Assembly: GCA_963701665.1 (NCBI GenBank)
Contig: OY969622.1
Coordinates: forward strand, 960,001 to 1,024,000
DNA length: 64,000 bases
Origin: Candidatus Babeliales bacterium
GTDB taxonomy: Bacteria; Babelota; Babeliae; Babelales; JANWKD01
Direction: 5' to 3'
A program made the position numbers and the translations under genes. Positions 59,882 through 64,000 of this stretch are shown piece after piece (position 1 is the first letter of the stretch; each line of letters opens with the position of its first letter). The notes under the pieces are model-generated. The model had not been told where the DNA came from, searched no databases, and worked only from the letters and a program-made list of their open reading frames with translations.

Positions 59882-60430
59882 ATGCTGGTTTGCAAACAAG
59901 GCATAGATGAAAATAACACTGACCCAATTGATATCAACGTTGCTACTAATGACGATATGAAAAATAAAACAGAATGTAATCAATCTTTTTTTTCACATTC
60001 TGATTGTTTTAAGCGAAAATTGCATCAATATTTTAAAGGATACTTTATTGGAGGATTCGATTTTCGTTTATATGAAAATGACAACTTAATTATAAAAAAT
60101 AAGGATCATTTAATAAAAAAGATAACAGAACTCGAGAATGTTGATCCTTTGAAAGTCATTTATTATGGATTAACCTGAGAATTTATTAATTATCAATTTG
60201 TGCTAGAATATTGTTATTCGCTTATCGAAAAGACAAACCGTACACATCAATTTATCCTTGATATTGCTGCACTTTTCCAAGAAAACGACTTATATAATCT
60301 CCCCAAAAAGATTGCTGCAGAAATTACCCTTCCTCAAGATGTTGCAATTGATAGGGACCAATATTACGGGAAAATCTGGGCTTATCTTTCAGCTGCGGCT
60401 GAAATATGCTCAGAAAAAATTACTAAATAA
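59882..60430 (+). pseudogene. DUF2247-like paralog (B2) split by an in-frame TGA at 60176-60178
   Basis: ORFs 59882 and 60200 share a frame; IYYGLT*EFIN aligns with IYYGLERKLIN, where R is CGA. Confidence 0.8.
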
Positions 60431-60558
60431 GCATTCCCTCCCCCCCTAAAAATACTACCTGAACTAATTTTATTTTAAAAAAGGCCTGACAAACAGTCTC
60501 ACTTTAGGTTATACTAATAATCATTGAGGTACTAAAACCCCTGAATTGATTAGTTTTT

Positions 60559-61839
60559 ATGAAAAAGAAGCTTTATTCTATTATTCTATTTTTTCTAATG
60601 ACTTCTGCCTTCCCTGTAATGGCAGAAGGAACGGATCGGCCAAGATCTGACCAGGAAGAAACCTGGCTAACCATTATTATACATGGGATCTTGAATGCCA
60701 AGCCGCATATTTCTATTTCTAATATCATCCTGGTCCTTCGAGATCAACTTGAAAATACGATTTATGCCCACACCATTGATATTACGCGAAATGATCCCTT
60801 CTTTTATCAATATCACCCTATGCAAAAGCCAGGTTTACAAAAAATAGATTTTAATGATATCGGACCAGGCAAAGCAGCCACGGCATTTGCTCGGCTTTAT
60901 GATGAAATGAGTGCCCTAAACCAGAAAAAGCCGGTCAAAAACGTATATTATACCTTTGGTTGGACCGGCATATTAGGCATGAACGTACGTATCCTGGATG
61001 CCCAAATCTTTTATGACCAGCTGTTAACAGAGATCAATGCCTATAAAGCACAGGGCATTAATCCTAAAATTCGGATTATAGGCTACAGTCACGGCGCTCA
61101 TATTGCCCTCCATTTAGGAACTATTCATAAGCAACGCGCGCAAGAAAATTTACTTGATCCTATTGATCAAATAGTTTTATTGGGGCTACCTATTGTATGT
61201 GATATGGATTATTTGGTTCATAGTCCCTTATTTAAAAAGATTTATAACCTCTATTCGACTGGCGATAGGGTACAAATTGCTGATTTTATGTCCTATCAGA
61301 AGTTCTTATCATATCGAACCTTCAACGAACGCCCTACCTTTGAGGTCCCTGATAATCTTACGCAAGTCCAATTGCGCTGGAAACGGCTTGCACGCACAAG
61401 AAAAAAATATACCTATCCCTATTATCCAAAATGGCTTATTCGTAATTCTGATCCAGGACATAGTGAACTTTTTTCATTTGGCTGGATTTATAATTACCGA
61501 CAATATGTACCATTTTATCCAATGCCTATATGCTGCTATGTTGGTTACTTTTTGAATGCGGTTGAAAATAGCGATCTTAATGCAAACCATCTCTGTCTTG
61601 AAGTTCATCCTTTTGCTGAGACTATGTCGCTCAAAGCACAAACGGCAAGAAATGCATTAAACATGCCGTTCCTCACCTTTGAACAACAACAACATTTTGT
61701 GGATGTAACTAATTCATTTAGACCGGTGAATTTCAATCTCGCACTATTCAATGAACGTACGGCGCAGACAATTGAATTAGCAAAACAACGATTTGAAGAA
61801 CAAAATGCATGTCATTCTTTAGTTAAAACCTGCGAGTGA
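60559..61839 (+). CDS. Secreted alpha/beta-hydrolase-fold protein (lipase-like)
   Basis: Signal peptide; IIHG, GYSHG nucleophile elbow, YSTGD, PGH. Confidence 0.75.
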   Translation: MKKKLYSIILFFLMTSAFPVMAEGTDRPRSDQEETWLTIIIHGILNAKPHISISNIILVLRDQLENTIYAHTIDITRNDPFFYQYHPMQKPGLQKIDFNDIGPGKAATAFARLYDEMSALNQKKPVKNVYYTFGWTGILGMNVRILDAQIFYDQLLTEINAYKAQGINPKIRIIGYSHGAHIALHLGTIHKQRAQENLLDPIDQIVLLGLPIVCDMDYLVHSPLFKKIYNLYSTGDRVQIADFMSYQKFLSYRTFNERPTFEVPDNLTQVQLRWKRLARTRKKYTYPYYPKWLIRNSDPGHSELFSFGWIYNYRQYVPFYPMPICCYVGYFLNAVENSDLNANHLCLEVHPFAETMSLKAQTARNALNMPFLTFEQQQHFVDVTNSFRPVNFNLALFNERTAQTIELAKQRFEEQNACHSLVKTCE

Positions 61840-62648
61840 TTCTCAAGAAGTTTTAGTATTGCTTGGTTACCTTTTCTATCCGCCAACTCACGCGGAGTAG
61901 CATATTCTTCAACATAATAGCCATTCATGCCTCGTTTATTTGAATAGGCAAAGCGTTGATCCGGATTTGCCCCATGAGCTAATAATATTTGTACTAAACC
62001 GGTATTTTCTTTTTCTATTCCTAACGCCAAACCTGTATATTCATCACCTAGAAAATTTCGATAGTATACCGCGTTAACATCTTCTCCATGGTTAAGACAA
62101 TATACTACCGTCTTTATATCCGGTATTGAAAGAGCATCTTGCAAAAACTCTCCTTTGGCACCTTGCACAAGAAAGTATGCATAATAAAACCGTGCCATAC
62201 AGGGATATCTGTATACATAGGAATCTTTTACATTGCCAGGTTTGTGAATGGCATGTGAAAAGGTCTGATTAGGAACCTTGGTAGTTGGATATAGCAATTT
62301 CTTAATAATTTCTTCCGGATAGAACCAAGGCATATTACTTTTTTTATATTTTTCGATTAATTTTTTTCGTATCGGTTTAGAGCTCGGCAAAAACTCAGAA
62401 AAAAATTGATAAGTTTCTTTATCAATATATCGAACCTTCGTGAGTGATAAAGCTGCCTCCTCTATATCCTTTGATTCATCGATGGTTATAACGATAATCT
62501 TTTCGAGTATTTCTGAAGGTAGTATATGTACAAAAGAATAGCCTAATCTTTTGGGATCTTCTTTCCATTCTTCCATCGAGTATGAGCACCAAGAAAATAA
62601 TAAGAACATGCAAGTAACTATTTTTTTATAAGCGGAACCTGTAAACAT
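61812..62648 (-). CDS. Secreted F-box-like / ankyrin-repeat protein
   Basis: ILPSEILEKII; CLNHGEDVN; LVQILLAHGANPD. Confidence 0.8.
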   Translation of the reverse strand: MFTGSAYKKIVTCMFLLFSWCSYSMEEWKEDPKRLGYSFVHILPSEILEKIIVITIDESKDIEEAALSLTKVRYIDKETYQFFSEFLPSSKPIRKKLIEKYKKSNMPWFYPEEIIKKLLYPTTKVPNQTFSHAIHKPGNVKDSYVYRYPCMARFYYAYFLVQGAKGEFLQDALSIPDIKTVVYCLNHGEDVNAVYYRNFLGDEYTGLALGIEKENTGLVQILLAHGANPDQRFAYSNKRGMNGYYVEEYATPRELADRKGNQAILKLLENHSQVLTKE

Positions 62649-62693
62649 AAAAGGCCTTTTTGATTAACCATTAAATTTATAAAGAAAATATTT

Positions 62694-62779
62694 AATGAAC
62701 GGCATAGACCGTTGAATTAGCAAAGCAAAGGTATGAAGAATAAAATGCATGTCATTCTTTGGCTAAGGCTCGTGAATGA
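62694..62779 (+). pseudogene. Decayed duplicate of the hydrolase gene 3' tail
   Basis: Aligns to 61750-61839 (VELAKQRYEE*NACHSLAKARE*). Confidence 0.8.
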
Positions 62780-63579
62780 TTCTCAAGAAGTTCTATTATT
62801 TCTTGGTTACCTTTTCTATGCGCTAATTCACATGGCGTCATGTAATATTCAATGACATGACCTCCTATGCCTTCTTTCCTTTTTCGTTTAAGTTTCTTAT
62901 TGGGATCTGCATTACAAGCTAATAATTTTTTTACTAAATCAACATTATCGAAATCAATGGCCTTCGTTAACGGTGTCCATTGCTGATCCATCTTATTATT
63001 GTGCCAATATACACAAAGTATATTAGCATTCGCCCCATGATTGAGACAAAATACCGCTGTTTTTGAATCATTTTTTTCATTAGCTATTTCAAAAAAGTTA
63101 TTTTTATTATCATCGCGTACATAAGGATAAAAGAAACGAGCAATATTTGGAGAATGCTGCCGATATGCTGCTTGCGCAAGATTAATAACCATCGATAAAG
63201 TACTCGTAGGGCATAAAAACTTTGTAGCGAGGTTACTTGCAAGTTTGGGCAAATAAAGATCTCTTTCTAGTTTCTTCACGAGCTTTTTTTGTATTTCATT
63301 TGAAAATGCTTCCTGCGCCAAGGAACTTTTTATAGCATTAGATGTTTCCCGGTCGACATATTCGAAGGATTTTAATGATTTAAAAGCAATGTCGCTAGTT
63401 TCAGATTCATCAACAAGCGCCAAAACAACTTTTTCTAATATTTCTGGCGGCAAAATTTGCGCAAATGAACAATTTAATGTGCCCGGATTTTCTTTTCCCC
63501 ATTCTTCCATAGAATATGAACACCAGAAAAACAAAAAAAGAAAATATATTGATAATTTTTTATGATAAAACGTAATCAT
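62752..63579 (-). CDS. Secreted F-box-like / ankyrin-repeat protein, paralog of 61812
   Basis: WCSYSMEEW; ILPPEILEKVV; TPLTKAI; LVKKLLACNADPN. Confidence 0.8.
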   Translation of the reverse strand: MITFYHKKLSIYFLFLFFWCSYSMEEWGKENPGTLNCSFAQILPPEILEKVVLALVDESETSDIAFKSLKSFEYVDRETSNAIKSSLAQEAFSNEIQKKLVKKLERDLYLPKLASNLATKFLCPTSTLSMVINLAQAAYRQHSPNIARFFYPYVRDDNKNNFFEIANEKNDSKTAVFCLNHGANANILCVYWHNNKMDQQWTPLTKAIDFDNVDLVKKLLACNADPNKKLKRKRKEGIGGHVIEYYMTPCELAHRKGNQEIIELLENHSRALAKE

Positions 63580-63690
63580 AGCGAGGTCCCTAAAGAAATT
63601 GAATATTTATTAGATTTATTATGAATTATAATACTAGTTTTTAGAAAAATCAAGTACCTACGCTATTTTTTTGCATCGAACAAGAATGTA

Positions 63691-64000
63691 TTACGAACGC
63701 ACGCGTTCCCAAATATGCAAGAGATCTTCCATATTCATCTGTTGCGCGCGCAACAAAATATATTTTTCAGGAATTTTTGAAAGATCAATTTGAGATTGCG
63801 CGAGATTATTTTTGAGCGTACGCCTCGGTTGACGAAAACACAGTTTTATGAATTTCCAAAAATGTTCTTCATCAGGGATTGGCGTCATAATTTTTTTTGG
63901 TTTGAAATGTACTAAGCGTGAATAAACTTTCGGCGGCGGTAAAAAAGCGCCAGGAGAAATTTTCTGCAAAAGTTTCAGTTCAAAATAGTGTTGAAAAAAC
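63691..64000 (-). CDS. rsmA: 16S rRNA dimethyltransferase RsmA/KsgA, C-terminal part (5' end outside window)
   Basis: ISPGAFLPPPKVYS...FRQPRRTLKNNL...RAQQM. Confidence 0.9.
   Translation of the reverse strand, partial: FFQHYFELKLLQKISPGAFLPPPKVYSRLVHFKPKKIMTPIPDEEHFWKFIKLCFRQPRRTLKNNLAQSQIDLSKIPEKYILLRAQQMNMEDLLHIWERVRS

Noticed and set aside
60176..60178. TGA recoding (alternative genetic code or selenocysteine)
   Set aside because: TGA ends clear genes here (e.g. sufU and the toxin), and this codon aligns with CGA-Arg, so a nonsense mutation is simpler.
52653..60430. Prophage or anti-phage defence island
   Set aside because: No structural, integrase or recognisable defence domains; the layout fits toxin-immunity better.
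1..64000. tRNA, rRNA, tmRNA or riboswitches
   Set aside because: None recognised by eye in the intergenic regions; a covariance search could still find divergent ones.

Overview
AT-rich bacterial chromosome segment. Its gene mix suggests an intracellular parasite of protists, most plausibly Candidatus Dependentiae/Babelota (TM6); this is inference, not a database result. Housekeeping genes (sufU, nurA, sufS, cysK-like, fadD-like, tmk, holB, mgtA-like, dciA, murG, PBP1A, rnpB, gpsA, uppS, rsmA) are interleaved with many signal-peptide ORFans and F-box/ankyrin proteins. Main observations: (1) A standalone GIY-YIG nuclease gene sits inside an inverted pair of covarying (T/C)GTCA-tagged palindromic repeats, and gene-less copies elsewhere keep both sequences flanking the gene, which resembles an autonomous/non-autonomous REP system using GIY-YIG rather than RAYT. 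A second repeat family is nested in two copies. (2) An AAA ATPase, a polymorphic toxin and a mosaic immunity array at 52.6-60.4 kb. (3) Fourteen secreted proteins whose predicted signal cleavage exposes a new Met, several with eukaryote-type motifs (F-box, CaaX, mitochondrial-presequence-like). (4) Effector arrays that carry duplicated 3' tails of the neighbouring convergent gene. (5) Two small genes whose predicted mRNA 5' and 3' UTRs pair. (6) An RNase P RNA apparently lacking P18. No CRISPR array, tRNA, rRNA or prophage was recognised. All protein family calls are by-eye motif recognition.
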